Notes: a model not told the origin generated them from the letters alone. A DNA stretch of 58,027 nucleotides from an uncultured virus (IMG/VR IMGVR_UViG_3300044612_002233) (IMGVR_UViG_3300044612_002233:62001-120027); one strand, 5' to 3'. Positions 44,201 through 49,253 are shown, counted from the first letter of the stretch. Translations and numbers: made by a program.

Positions 44201-46910
44201 CTCTAAACCTAGATAGCGATCCACTTTTTCTAGCATTGCCTGCCAATTCTCCAAGTTTTGTTGTATAGTCACTAACATCAGTTATTCCAAGCTTTTCCAT
44301 TGCTGGCCTAACTATCGCCGCATTAGCTTCATCTCTTAGTACATCCGTATCAACTACTCCAATTTTTCTTTCTACTTTTCCTCCAACCATGAACTTAGCC
44401 AATCCTTTAGTCTCTGTCATTTTTTTAGTAAAATCACTGTCTTTGATTGTTTTTAGAAGACGGGCTCTGTTTTGTCTTATATTACCTAAACTATCAAATC
44501 TGTCCTGAGACTCTTCTGGCATATAGTTAAACATATAATCATCTTTAATAACCCTATCCCATGATGACTTATTGGTATTGCCAAATCCTGAATTTTTCTT
44601 CATTATCTCTAGTCTATTTGCTAGCTTATCTGCTTGAATAATATCTTGACCTTTTTTAGTTCCACTATATTTTGCAACATTCTCTCCTACTAATTTTTTA
44701 TTAAGAGCACCAATTTCCGCCATTGGTCTGCCATAGTAATCTACTTTATTAGCGTCGATAAAAATTTTAGCTAATTTTTCTTTACCAAGTCCACTTATAA
44801 AATCTATAGTTATATCTTTGGCTCTTTTGCCTTTCTCTCTATTACTAGCATATGCCGGACCTTTTCCTCCTTGACTAGCATACTCTTCTCTTTCTTTTTT
44901 TGATGCTTTAATTTCAAAAGCATCTATTCCTTCAAGTCTAGATGTGACTTTAAATTTACCTTTTTCACTAGGATAAATTAAATCGCCAGTTAGTTTTTTA
45001 AAACGTTTATTAACTAGTGTTTGTGTTGGATCAACCAATAAATTTATACTATCTGCATCATAAGCTTTGAGCCTACCAGCATACTGCTTGTTAGACTTAG
45101 AATATTCTTGAACATCAATATCGTCATATAGTTTACCTCCATTACCGAATCTTTTTCTTCTATTTGATTTTCCTGCTCGTATACTTCCACCACTTCCATA
45201 CTTATTCATACTATGAAGATTATCAGCACCAATAGTTTCAACAGCTTTCTTTCGTATCACAAATTCTCCTGGCTCTAACATTGCCGGAACAGTATCTCCA
45301 CTACCAGTGCCTGGAACAACACCTCCTCTTGCGAATTTTCTAATTACTCCACCATTAGCTTTACCGTCTGGTCCTCTTTTAACTCCAGTACTAAAACCAC
45401 TAGCAAATTGAGTTAAAGCTTTAGCTCCTTTAAATGCTGTTATAATAGCAAGAGCTGGTAATATTCCTTTAATAGCATCTGTAACTTTAATTAGTCCACT
45501 AGCTAAACTTAAAGCTCCTCTTATTAATGACTGAAATCCTTTTGATTGTCCTATTTCTCTGAATAAGGCAAAAAACTCTTGTCTTACTTTGCTAATTTGA
45601 TTTGCTAAAGAAAGTTGTGCAGTTGCGGCGTCTTTTGCTAGTGATCCTTGTCCAGCTTGGGCGGTCTTTAATGCTTCTTGGGCAACTGTGAACTGCTGAA
45701 TAAGTGGGATAACTTTACCAATTTGTCGGAATCCACCAAGTTCTTCAACTATCTTGGAAAACTGTAAACTTCTTGGGTCAATTCCGCTCAATCCTTTACT
45801 TAATAATTCAACAGCTTTATAGGCTCCTACGAATTTGCCCTCAGTATCGGTTAGATTAACTCCAAACTCTTTCAGAGCATCTATTGTGCCTCCTCTCTGA
45901 ATACGAGTAAAAATTGTTCTTAAGCCAGTAGAAATAGTTTCAGCACTTTCACGAGTAGTAGCACGAACACTGGTAAAAACTGCAATAAATTCATTTAAAG
46001 CATCCTTACCTTCGCTAACTCCCTTACTTGCTGTTGCGAATACGCTACCCGTTCTTTGAACAGCAGTAATAATGTCAGAAGACTCAACAGCGAATCTGGC
46101 AGCAACAGTATTTACAGCACCTAATGCTCCTTCTAAATCATCTGCACTAATACCAAACTGTCGCATCAATGCGATACTTCCTTCTACTGTCTCATTCATG
46201 TCATCAAAAGACGGAGCCAAACTACTTAATGCTAAAGCTCTTAACGCTTTTTCTGTTTCTCTTGCGCTTAAACCGGCCTGTGCTAATGTAGAAGCAACAG
46301 AGGTCAAATCTTTAGAGCTAACGCCAAATGTTGTTGACAGATTTGTAATTTGATCTTGTAGTTTAGCAAGACCTGATGATGATTCTCCAGTAACTTGTTG
46401 TAATTTAACTAATTCTTTATCATAATCAATAAACGCTTGAACACCCTGACTAATACTATTAGTAAGTCCATATATAACACTAGTAACAGTACTAAATGCT
46501 ACGAATCTTCTGATAGCAAGACCAGCCTGTTTACCGAACTCTTGCATCTCTGCTGATGCTGATCCAAGATCTTTTGCTGATGAGGATGATGCTTTATTAA
46601 GTTTATTAACAGCATTAGCTGCTGCATTTATTTGTTGTGGAATATTATTTACTTTAACACTATTTATACTATTGCCAAAAGCTTTGATAGCTGCTGCAGC
46701 AGAAGTGGCGGCTGTCGTTGTTGAACCAAATGTAGCATTTAATGTCTTAAGAGACGAGGACAAAGCCGCAACATTTTTAGTTACAGCAGGATCAAGCTTA
46801 AAAGTAACATTCGCATTAATATTACCAAGATCTTTTTTAATTTGTGCAGCAATTTGCTTTACATTTGTTGGTCCTTGTAAATTAAGTTGTGCAGTTAGGT
46901 TGAATGCCAT
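29262..46910 (-). CDS. Giant tape measure protein (5882 aa) carrying multiple putative enzymatic cargo domains
   Basis: N-terminal TP901-like TMP core (FIDYDKELVKLQQVTGES...STLAQAG...AARFAVESSDI...GLRTIFTRI), long Ala/Lys/Glu helical tracts and hydrophobic segments (~38705-38815). It follows the tube and chaperone genes and has an AGGA SD. Confidence 0.92.
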   Translation of the reverse strand: MAFNLTAQLNLQGPTNVKQIAAQIKKDLGNINANVTFKLDPAVTKNVAALSSSLKTLNATFGSTTTAATSAAAAIKAFGNSINSVKVNNIPQQINAAANAVNKLNKASSSSAKDLGSASAEMQEFGKQAGLAIRRFVAFSTVTSVIYGLTNSISQGVQAFIDYDKELVKLQQVTGESSSGLAKLQDQITNLSTTFGVSSKDLTSVASTLAQAGLSARETEKALRALALSSLAPSFDDMNETVEGSIALMRQFGISADDLEGALGAVNTVAARFAVESSDIITAVQRTGSVFATASKGVSEGKDALNEFIAVFTSVRATTRESAETISTGLRTIFTRIQRGGTIDALKEFGVNLTDTEGKFVGAYKAVELLSKGLSGIDPRSLQFSKIVEELGGFRQIGKVIPLIQQFTVAQEALKTAQAGQGSLAKDAATAQLSLANQISKVRQEFFALFREIGQSKGFQSLIRGALSLASGLIKVTDAIKGILPALAIITAFKGAKALTQFASGFSTGVKRGPDGKANGGVIRKFARGGVVPGTGSGDTVPAMLEPGEFVIRKKAVETIGADNLHSMNKYGSGGSIRAGKSNRRKRFGNGGKLYDDIDVQEYSKSNKQYAGRLKAYDADSINLLVDPTQTLVNKRFKKLTGDLIYPSEKGKFKVTSRLEGIDAFEIKASKKEREEYASQGGKGPAYASNREKGKRAKDITIDFISGLGKEKLAKIFIDANKVDYYGRPMAEIGALNKKLVGENVAKYSGTKKGQDIIQADKLANRLEIMKKNSGFGNTNKSSWDRVIKDDYMFNYMPEESQDRFDSLGNIRQNRARLLKTIKDSDFTKKMTETKGLAKFMVGGKVERKIGVVDTDVLRDEANAAIVRPAMEKLGITDVSDYTTKLGELAGNARKSGSLSRFRAIAGAAGSGKSSLATGKGANDDATLRKTIRSQILTPEDINKVNEVIVLTSTASQTKLDAYLKDVDRAYVLSSNSREEQDRVRSNRESRDITGEGLYGRKPGTTRAADIDFGLEETILRDELGKRATVLGRKKDSFGLRRKRESELPEIVQAGGFYMGGFAPPTRGHRGALDTLLENMLAKNPNSSLEDILVSVAPDLPMIVGKEGIDHAARYGIFPSDIRTLFSQMNFGNAMISTQSQTAGGLPKFMEVTDAGDRRKFARLKGAMAITSGKDDKTLGKYQRAGIDVTDIPRIEDISATAVRDALFNGDDKTLTSLMNPDIASILMGNRAQLRNRSTMVPMLIEEIQKFVDQDKVRSNAEVAEILSNAPGGPYGNVSADLKKNYPEIAEQVKQIRDKRDRVSKGAFGYRAFNIISALSAKYPETYGLDPSRKSPVSAQPSDITREAISAQISEQMAGEFGGVPTEMPSGLEEAILKNVEKATQVKKSSGILPAQGSEILKRFGTERLPNDPSFGPFSGKTVRDTADGGKLKYWNSAFRPETKADKLAYYIATRDYLIDKFNESQGTQKATALAETTNAVLSSKQLGLVGLNPLGYTGLLGPETWNLGVDPSGQERSIDASIVQRGLPTQYQNVIDYLSGQTEEIVGGAAKLLGISAKKLTKKQRETLGQGNIEGALLEQIFGSADATILDDALRTRPIDFPMGIGSKAAKIFGIDPDIPTEVKRTIDSNSRGKAVEEFQKYFRQQYSIPEPKELEQPQKLARGGKASRRFTFSKEPIGPSPFDIPKSKVDYFSLEQGSGFSALEFNSLARDAKTFGLNLEEFKEMLEKRRARKAALSGVKTDFSSLLAPETLSDPTPRQQILAEMLKGEPDPGLRPMKRYVDGGEVYSPQQLVSLAKYRTGPFPGGGTDSEFINRYLEDNDSFMEYLKTFHADPPKAYDATKNAAKDLLEMFNSKESMSGSKRSGKLYSTVAGGKLKTILTQIGNPLSSNKDIPDAIGKSFNLNGSLLSTSESPDTAAVFQPENGSSAMLSIFRNKNIPSIDVDKTIFDTSTEDDVIKALSKYIDPVSGKSGADYLSRSRSATRIEKEFILPPTSKFRIDDIDRIISKDQEDKLLGGDIRHIEGMKVQQFADGGKTKLYHGSNTGVDDSVLKSFKEKGALSNIATGYGQGAGFYLYTEKNKAEQQAKMRVGGGSGFTVTSGDTSGKPMVLSFDEILDPKTYDLDYELQKNLVTQWLYDNFDKIKDKAAPDKEKGLAGIRDVIAKDASKGVMSAGIKVQSAEGSRKALYAGGDSNIREGEILGQIMNRLQSGDPELINSFESELFKRPLGLALKYTGSNPLKPTNIETFANGGQAGISSQDTVPALLTPGEFVINKKAAQNIGYGKLEKLNKADKIQGYNKGGVVGGGVIQRFATGGSVFSIEAIMQGLKGLAEPAVQKLKTRPETIDSKSLEASSELFNNVKLLAQGFEEAGYSMISFKKILEQVGAGADISYKDIERAMTKDVERLKITGASIDTIIAAEKALKAVRDQAKTAVVKRQFLEAGLKESKTGKVLGSGGAQQAILTEAEKKEKLITAQRKSQIEKDLIKKDPSLLGDKDKLERRTNRRLEKEQRQIKEQAFASATEKVTGIKRSELSGMGIGGADIQSYVSQSMTDRKTLAQMDKQLIAMRLEEYKNAGTVRGVSVKSASEALALAKEEVSKRREMINEMAKEQGEKGVGAAGLTDIRNSPIIKAIQGRYFSGTASQGVGTALGDVGMAAGLVGGQGKNIANLMYDTSTDAGKVGAAKTGAAIEKTGSTLATGLTTASQLMAINPYLGAAVAIGTALYAGADAAFDFTGAQKTAALEMEKNLRFEEVAASEKDLAKAFKDFEKDLGNIDLQKALDKALVRSSESSLKAVAAETKVAENEKGLTRTWTQFLSGAEKPKMDVQDVNELASKQAERNADSGDKAFALISQKINTGASVESIQADKELIGARRALVLADEDALKTVRARIISEGGYDKVSQQRQDAILDEVANEKILTNVQVQSAIKTKQMSDALEAADKAGRKLAASFEKLSSIVSESVNRIKFESDVRKSSAEKSRSALRGQSEDSGPKLRELNVLENPNAYSEQDFNDALKSATAGVDEKTRNQLIGGAQLQQQLPNAITKSIADKLSTKGSLGVDEAKAEAIKITNEKIDKTNLSDEQKTSLKKQAETRINNLAEEAKKKNDTPQAELDAFREGLGESDNILGAFGVKTLEAVKALSSFKQGALADFSEGLKDASKAAKDAQNYFKKARDIRVQGDMNLREVMTGVGETYDEKQARVMGDVSKLAGGETTVRGIQNRMVGLQAQRTAVEEKRQGISDPNELKKSAEQLRSLDDQLRDTREALDTLATSTELVEKAFDNLKNVRELQKNRESFVNQLLTNTPEEADKLNKTFIRLQRNLSGGLNNASNQRDARKAFNQTLRETGSVREATKAGNTVLANQRKETLALSQDPGVRAAQELNIRNQYAQGKGKPGVSADQAVADYFKQQQIQLTKSMAIESGMMNNPLVRQSIAAMEDPNADPAMKEASSKYLQSVGLQADATKAQGELALLESQQALVSANANLKVSIDDLRTTIEASMLNNDMNEGRVNAAGQKVVNPGVAVAAPVAPPKARGGLIYASEGQLVNFQPQGTDTVPAMLTPGEFVINARSTAEHLPLLKAINSGNYSKGGVVYLADGGKVAKPRTRADVQGKLDAEREEATQINRNIESRTRSYNSSDSKERASDEATGRELVDAEINAGTRNFVASTLDSVSGNWSTDEDKNAYVADYAESRARRRLENNTDMVTGRVGGAWDQLDDKQKQELIDKEKEGVNSVITDYSYNPGNYKDTWKETQIAMNARIDHSGTMRDRRERYSTPEEKQRLGQIDMNRNQGYAVQANMGDSSATTDRSIINDLDLVENKPNSTNMGRMASNAVNDAYRAAGIPEEAIGYGPGSGMEFHKDGVNWTERMAAEQAKPDFEARAQANMVRIEERERKLAADRLKAENVSANTNSQPMPVENPAKTARETAEVKAKEAQVAKSDIKPDMSYTTSVVQPSLPVPLVKAEVVPWGRGTTTKIRPTQEAINEKKKIKSEELRRRSLWLKGSKGRSSEEETEYATLKSNQIKREVGPYTVEKDRNISSLVNSAYRKGAQSNEITPEERSALKELGSDRRNRGSLRALSFIGALPPITSNGGKPGSVDPAMASRINEGYSRPSNEQQAAEQNAVIESGFTQQYTTNKPLQKPDPNDPKYKTRDPLLGLTRRIADNRAYEAQQTQQATQTNTSVNLRTPEIKNEDGRLGVNNGPMVPSPRVSLPGDYVAGRNYTYGSDPNTPRFESQKTVRDRESSRRDWFDFPLGSPSNVLATETMIKYPNQLFKPNSQINSYQSVGATDPYEYSNDPNIRAKAETQNVYRITASPGLSSSIQTATTSSDTKKKREADSAITSTKIGIEKRAQIAAQEQAFDVEFNQKLEASRSGKDPNTYAMEDDPEEREKYKKGRRQQVINERNQAKLDEQTGKIDNKFNQLLSEGKVKEDQREQYRTEQRKYMPKPYMEKLENYVVPTTEQLLQDQANSEAIAQFEGAQQVSAAEKVRAQQQKAEEDRQASLYINSSNPAIAAAGYVGGVTQGIGDALYGAANITAGAVATVASPIVGGIGYAMSGDDTAFKIGDENNLRNRTAENMYDEARANGRPMPSPQEIAAAQDAAVIRARAATANSERLNNQPGAYSAATRAAAEVGVNAMGAGAMGFVEAGQAVAGMGPIQTGEQTALQRNDARNVQLAGGMDSYLGFGTAFAQTTGYAASQGAGALINAEGAVFNAAGRIGGAAGRVVSSGAGIARRAAGNTVGRLPGAGRFARSVGATVDNVVGGAAQAAGDVREMGSYISGAFPRATSTAAAPFRSAGRAVRAGVDNFVEGVQDVATQMGDVLGVKGIVPDWAKPRVNPTTKYAPTNTAASAASVKNAKQGTIYVKPRPGQTQQALGYDPTVNAAPQRPSTVYVQPRKGQVPDATPGSGSVDDSLRTTTKADADAKAKLDSSKTQAESVNKARADADASAKVKADAAAKAKADAAKMQDDAAAKTRAKDAAKVQQEAADRAKVDAAAAKADAKSSTTPSKAGKASSAIDSAKEMSKEEFLSKLSSSESSVYDILGVQPGTPLTSQGVRDLVRKYNKFTHPDLGGSAELQARLNKIVELASDPDSLSQYDTILKNGIRLKDGTIVRPSPDRLLSVWKTKKVKGQVVPFAQSSFADLAPAGTKAKSTASTATATQSTKKAPSKAELREQSRASVRSSRQAERQSLAKMQKAELESMTSGQKAQMQAAREARMKPFSSNAEESAFAMRGIIKNSNLDTKAQETLDSFFTRYIDKNTTKGPSHLSYSSLYDDVTRYLVDSGLNSDDLMTQLYAKFDKGYNDFDLKLIRDVKEARQFPDGLRTYDPKVSKERPIAGSENAQMVIPGVRRTGKHKQGPGLYNPMKADLLDTPITKRGIAEREARLAASKATFDDFIAGVNQAKTPASLTANKQLAQLDAQIASLRSQEKPDSWFGLKKGVSKKEEIDKLLKTRNTMLYQAQIDEGKRVFEIEKTGLGQSYYDESDPLWKSAVEAGIPNQFRTYGSMRNAPADLIESAEAYGRLSNSYKQSRGVGTGRSTTSVDNKYVNYSGFEGAIIDPKTGKRSLEKFETKAHAQVEDTGKPVYEFDSQGGIHVRGPSLRAKSTEIYNIPADEVTPEIIEKLHKLGIQKFNKGGIVYANNGALIPYLSQGTDTVPAMLTPGEFVVNRESSQQHMPLLNAINSGHFNRGGIVNYLANGGIVAPKYYAAAGLVSGGSGGSSGSSGVSNDISSSISAAVGQAMNQLSTALQSGMETYSQMMQSSTETLNNFGQTFASASQTIASSANTWSETASQIPTSLTAEVTGRQVVDFTGLGKEGDRIVSSAAQAGQLAGSQTSQNTMAKYDRSQFEGNLNTAANNRPMRT
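31566..31752 (-). other. J-domain (DnaJ-like) within the TMP
   Basis: SVYDILGV...RKYNKFTHPDLGGSAELQARLNKIVELASDPDSLSQYD carries the Y.ILGV, HPD and SDP....YD hallmarks. Confidence 0.85.
40170..40800 (-). other. His-Tyr clade (PARP/diphtheria-toxin-like) ADP-ribosyltransferase-like domain within the TMP
   Basis: TKLYHGS...SFK...GYGQGAGFYLYTEKNKAEQQA. Confidence 0.68.
40830..41550 (-). other. VIP2/C3-like (R-S-E clade) ADP-ribosyltransferase-like domain within the TMP
   Basis: KLYSTV (the expected Arg position holds Ser), LLSTSES and IEKEFILPPTSKFRI. Confidence 0.7.
41960..42460 (-). other. Putative PD-(D/E)xK restriction-endonuclease-fold domain within the TMP
   Basis: GNIEGALLEQ (helix Glu), RPIDFP (Asp) and TEVKRT (ExK) appear in canonical order. 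Confidence 0.5.
43270..43750 (-). other. HxGH-class (HUP) nucleotidyltransferase-like domain within the TMP
   Basis: YMGGFAPPTRGH at ~43704-43740 and C-terminal ISATAVRDAL at ~43290-43320 are the two signature motifs of the CoaD/NadD/cytidylyltransferase superfamily. Confidence 0.78.
43800..44220 (-). other. P-loop kinase-like domain within the TMP
   Basis: Walker A AIAGAAGSGKS at ~44169-44200, with a later R-x-x-x-R lid-like helix (RVRSNRESRD). Confidence 0.65.
44660..45080 (-). other. Thermonuclease (SNase-like) domain within the TMP
   Basis: YDADS...RLEGIDAFE...GKRAKD...DYYGRPMA...LNKKLVGENVAKY follows the SNase order DGDT / RL.GIDAPE / G..A / D.YGR.LA / N..LV..G.A. Confidence 0.78.
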
Positions 46911-46940
46911 AATTTGATTGTCCTAATTAATTATTTAGCT

Positions 46941-46985
46941 AAAAAAATATTCCCAGCCACAAGAAAAATCTCATGGTTGGGAATA
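46941..46985 (-). terminator. Intrinsic (rho-independent) terminator between the chaperone-like gene and the TMP gene
   Basis: Minus strand TATTCCCAACCATGAGA-TTTT-TCTTGTGGCTGGGAATA forms a ~17-bp stem (1 mismatch, 2 G-U pairs), followed by TTTTTTT. Confidence 0.8.
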
Positions 46986-47012
46986 CTAAAAAGAAGAATT
47001 ATATTATAAAAA

Positions 47013-47912
47013 CTAAGCTGGAGCAACCTCTTTTGATTCAGAAACAACGGGCTGAGCTGGTTGAGTCTCTGGCTCGACTGTTTCTGTTTTTGCTGTTGGT
47101 TCATCTTTTTTGTCTTCTTCTAAGATTACTGGGTTTCCGTTTTCATCTAGGAAAGGCTTTGCATCAACGAGATAATCTCCATCGGAAGTTACTCTGTTGC
47201 CATACTTATCAACAAAGTTACCTTCTTCGTCTATGAATCTTCCACTCTCATCAATCAGCCTACCTTCCGCATCAATTAGTCTGCCCTTCTTGTCTACTAA
47301 TCGTAACTTATCATCAACAAACTTAAACTTCTTTAAGAATTTGTTTTCTGGTAAATTACTTTCGTAGTCATTATCCAAACCATACAGCATATTGGCCAAG
47401 TTTTGTGCTCCTAGTAGTCCAACCTGATCAGTTGATCTATTAAGATAGTCTTCCATATTGTTAAAATACGGTTGCTTGCTATCATTATACACCACACAAA
47501 CACTAACTAAATAGTTAAATCTAGCATTATCTGCTTGACCTTCGGCACTATGATTGTCTAGAGATGTACGAACACTGATAAGATCTCGTATTTCATCTCT
47601 GACGCCCTTCATTTTAATCGCAAGGTCTTTGGCTTCATTTAAACTAAATCCACCCTTAGCGAGCCTCTTCTCGCCATCAAGCAATTCTTTTTGCAGAGTG
47701 GTGAACTTGGCCTGTTTCTCATCATTCCATAATCCTTGATCTTCTAATAGATCATCTAATTTTGCCCTTACAACACTTTTGCTTTTAATAGCATCAGTAA
47801 AAGCTTGATTATAGACCTTCTGAGCCTCTCTTTGATCATTTAAAGATGGTGTTTTAACAAGAAATTCTTTTTCTGCACCATCAATCATTGTCTTAAAAGT
47901 CTTAGTTTTCAT
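47013..47912 (-). CDS. Putative tail assembly chaperone with heptad beta-hairpin repeats (start revised from 47939 to ATG 47912)
   Basis: Immediately upstream of the TMP. AAGGAG lies 7 nt before ATG 47912. Repeats read LVDKKGR/LIDAEGR/LIDESGR/FIDEEGN/FVDKYGN. Confidence 0.55.
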   Translation of the reverse strand: MKTKTFKTMIDGAEKEFLVKTPSLNDQREAQKVYNQAFTDAIKSKSVVRAKLDDLLEDQGLWNDEKQAKFTTLQKELLDGEKRLAKGGFSLNEAKDLAIKMKGVRDEIRDLISVRTSLDNHSAEGQADNARFNYLVSVCVVYNDSKQPYFNNMEDYLNRSTDQVGLLGAQNLANMLYGLDNDYESNLPENKFLKKFKFVDDKLRLVDKKGRLIDAEGRLIDESGRFIDEEGNFVDKYGNRVTSDGDYLVDAKPFLDENGNPVILEEDKKDEPTAKTETVEPETQPAQPVVSESKEVAPA

Positions 47913-48204
47913 ATCCGTCTCCTTCTTTCTTTTTATCAAAATTAAATTGATATTTTTGTTTTACTGTGTTATTATTACCAAAATAATTGCTAAGATCATC
48001 AATTGCTGATCGTGCTTGTTTATTTCCGTTGTTGAGTATACTATTTCTAGCATATTCCCACATATCTTCAAATTCTTCAGCTTCTTTGCTATCATTTTCC
48101 CATAAATGTCCAAAAATAGCTTCGAATCTTGCTAGTGAGCCAATCATTGTGGTTTGAAATTTTTTATATACATTATCTATTAAGAGTTTTTGTTCGTTTG
48201 TCAT
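47902..48204 (-). CDS. Hypothetical protein, 100 aa
   Basis: Co-oriented and overlaps the next gene. Confidence 0.65.
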   Translation of the reverse strand: MTNEQKLLIDNVYKKFQTTMIGSLARFEAIFGHLWENDSKEAEEFEDMWEYARNSILNNGNKQARSAIDDLSNYFGNNNTVKQKYQFNFDKKKEGDGYEN

Positions 48205-48215
48205 GATGTTGCTTT

Positions 48216-49253
48216 CTATCTTTTTCTTGCTTGAGATGCTTGGTTCATTAAATTCATTCTAACATCGGGTAAATTTCCATCATCAACAGAGCCCATTTGT
48301 TGAACATAATTCATTTTTTCTTTCATTCTTCTTAAAGAGTCTGGAGAATTTAATCCAATAATATCTTCAATTTCTTCCTTGCTTTGTGGTATTAAAAATA
48401 CTTCCTGAGCATTTTTTAGCTTCGGATTCATCTCGTCAATTTGGGCTTGTTTTTTCGCTTTTTGATTTTTCTCTCGTTGATGAATCATCCAACCATCTAA
48501 CATATCGTCATCTTCAATAACATGATCTGATGGACACTCAGGATGATCATAAATATTATCGTACATTCTAGTTACACTAACTGTTGTTCGTTGATCATCA
48601 GTCCAATCGCATACTGCTTTATTGAATACTTTCTCTTTATTACAGTTCCAGTACGATCTCCACATGGAACTTCTTGCTAATTCTTTATATGAGTCTATTG
48701 CGATATTCTGTTTATTTACTTCTGTTACTAAATCATTAAAATAAACATATGATGCTTGATCACTAGATACTTGTTTTGGAAAAACTCTCATATTATTTTT
48801 AAATAATGTATTACAAAGTATATACTCGTTTTTTATGGATGATGCATATCCTTCTAAAGTATGAGAAAATAGGTCGTTTTTATAGTCCATAATTTTATTT
48901 AATTGATTTCTATATTCACTTAATGATTTTTTAATTTTTTTTACTTTATCTGATAATGCTGCTGATAAAAACATATCCACTTTGCTTCTTTCAATCTTTT
49001 TTTCTATATCTTTAATAATGTTATTTGTGTCCTTTGACCACAGGCCCAAACTAATTAACATATTATCCAAATCTTCTGCTCTAATCCAATCATTATATTT
49101 TTCATCATTAATGATACTATCATATAATAGTTGAGCTTCATACTTAATATCAACAGATGAATTTTTTAGCTCATATTGCTCATTTTTATATGTGAATAAT
49201 ATTTTTCCTGATAATACTCTATATAATAGTAATTCCAGATCAGCATCAGTCAT
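48216..49253 (-). CDS. Hypothetical helical protein, possibly tail chaperone-like, 345 aa
   Basis: Lies between the tube gene and the TMP. Contains YDNIYDHPECPSDHVIEDDDMLDGW. Confidence 0.5.
   Translation of the reverse strand: MTDADLELLLYRVLSGKILFTYKNEQYELKNSSVDIKYEAQLLYDSIINDEKYNDWIRAEDLDNMLISLGLWSKDTNNIIKDIEKKIERSKVDMFLSAALSDKVKKIKKSLSEYRNQLNKIMDYKNDLFSHTLEGYASSIKNEYILCNTLFKNNMRVFPKQVSSDQASYVYFNDLVTEVNKQNIAIDSYKELARSSMWRSYWNCNKEKVFNKAVCDWTDDQRTTVSVTRMYDNIYDHPECPSDHVIEDDDMLDGWMIHQREKNQKAKKQAQIDEMNPKLKNAQEVFLIPQSKEEIEDIIGLNSPDSLRRMKEKMNYVQQMGSVDDGNLPDVRMNLMNQASQARKR

Larger units (their letters stand above)
29755..45365 (-). repeat. Dispersed peptide repeat: four DTVPA[ML]LxPGEFV boxes (~45245-45300, 40081-40130, 36181-36235, 29850-29905), each flanked by [FYLK]xxGG motifs
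   Basis: GDTVPAMLEPGEFVIRK, QDTVPALLTPGEFVINK, TDTVPAMLTPGEFVINA and TDTVPAMLTPGEFVVNR. Confidence 0.92.

Noticed and set aside
29262..46910. Inteins or peptidoglycan hydrolase domains as an explanation for TMP size
   Set aside because: I did not recognise Hint/LAGLIDADG motifs or lysozyme, M23 or NlpC motifs by eye. An HMM search is needed to exclude them fully.
47902..47945. Programmed -1 frameshift (G/GT-type chaperone) at TAAAAAG
   Set aside because: It is not a full X XXY YYZ heptamer, the downstream ORF is in the +1 frame, and that ORF has its own AAGGAG SD and ATG.
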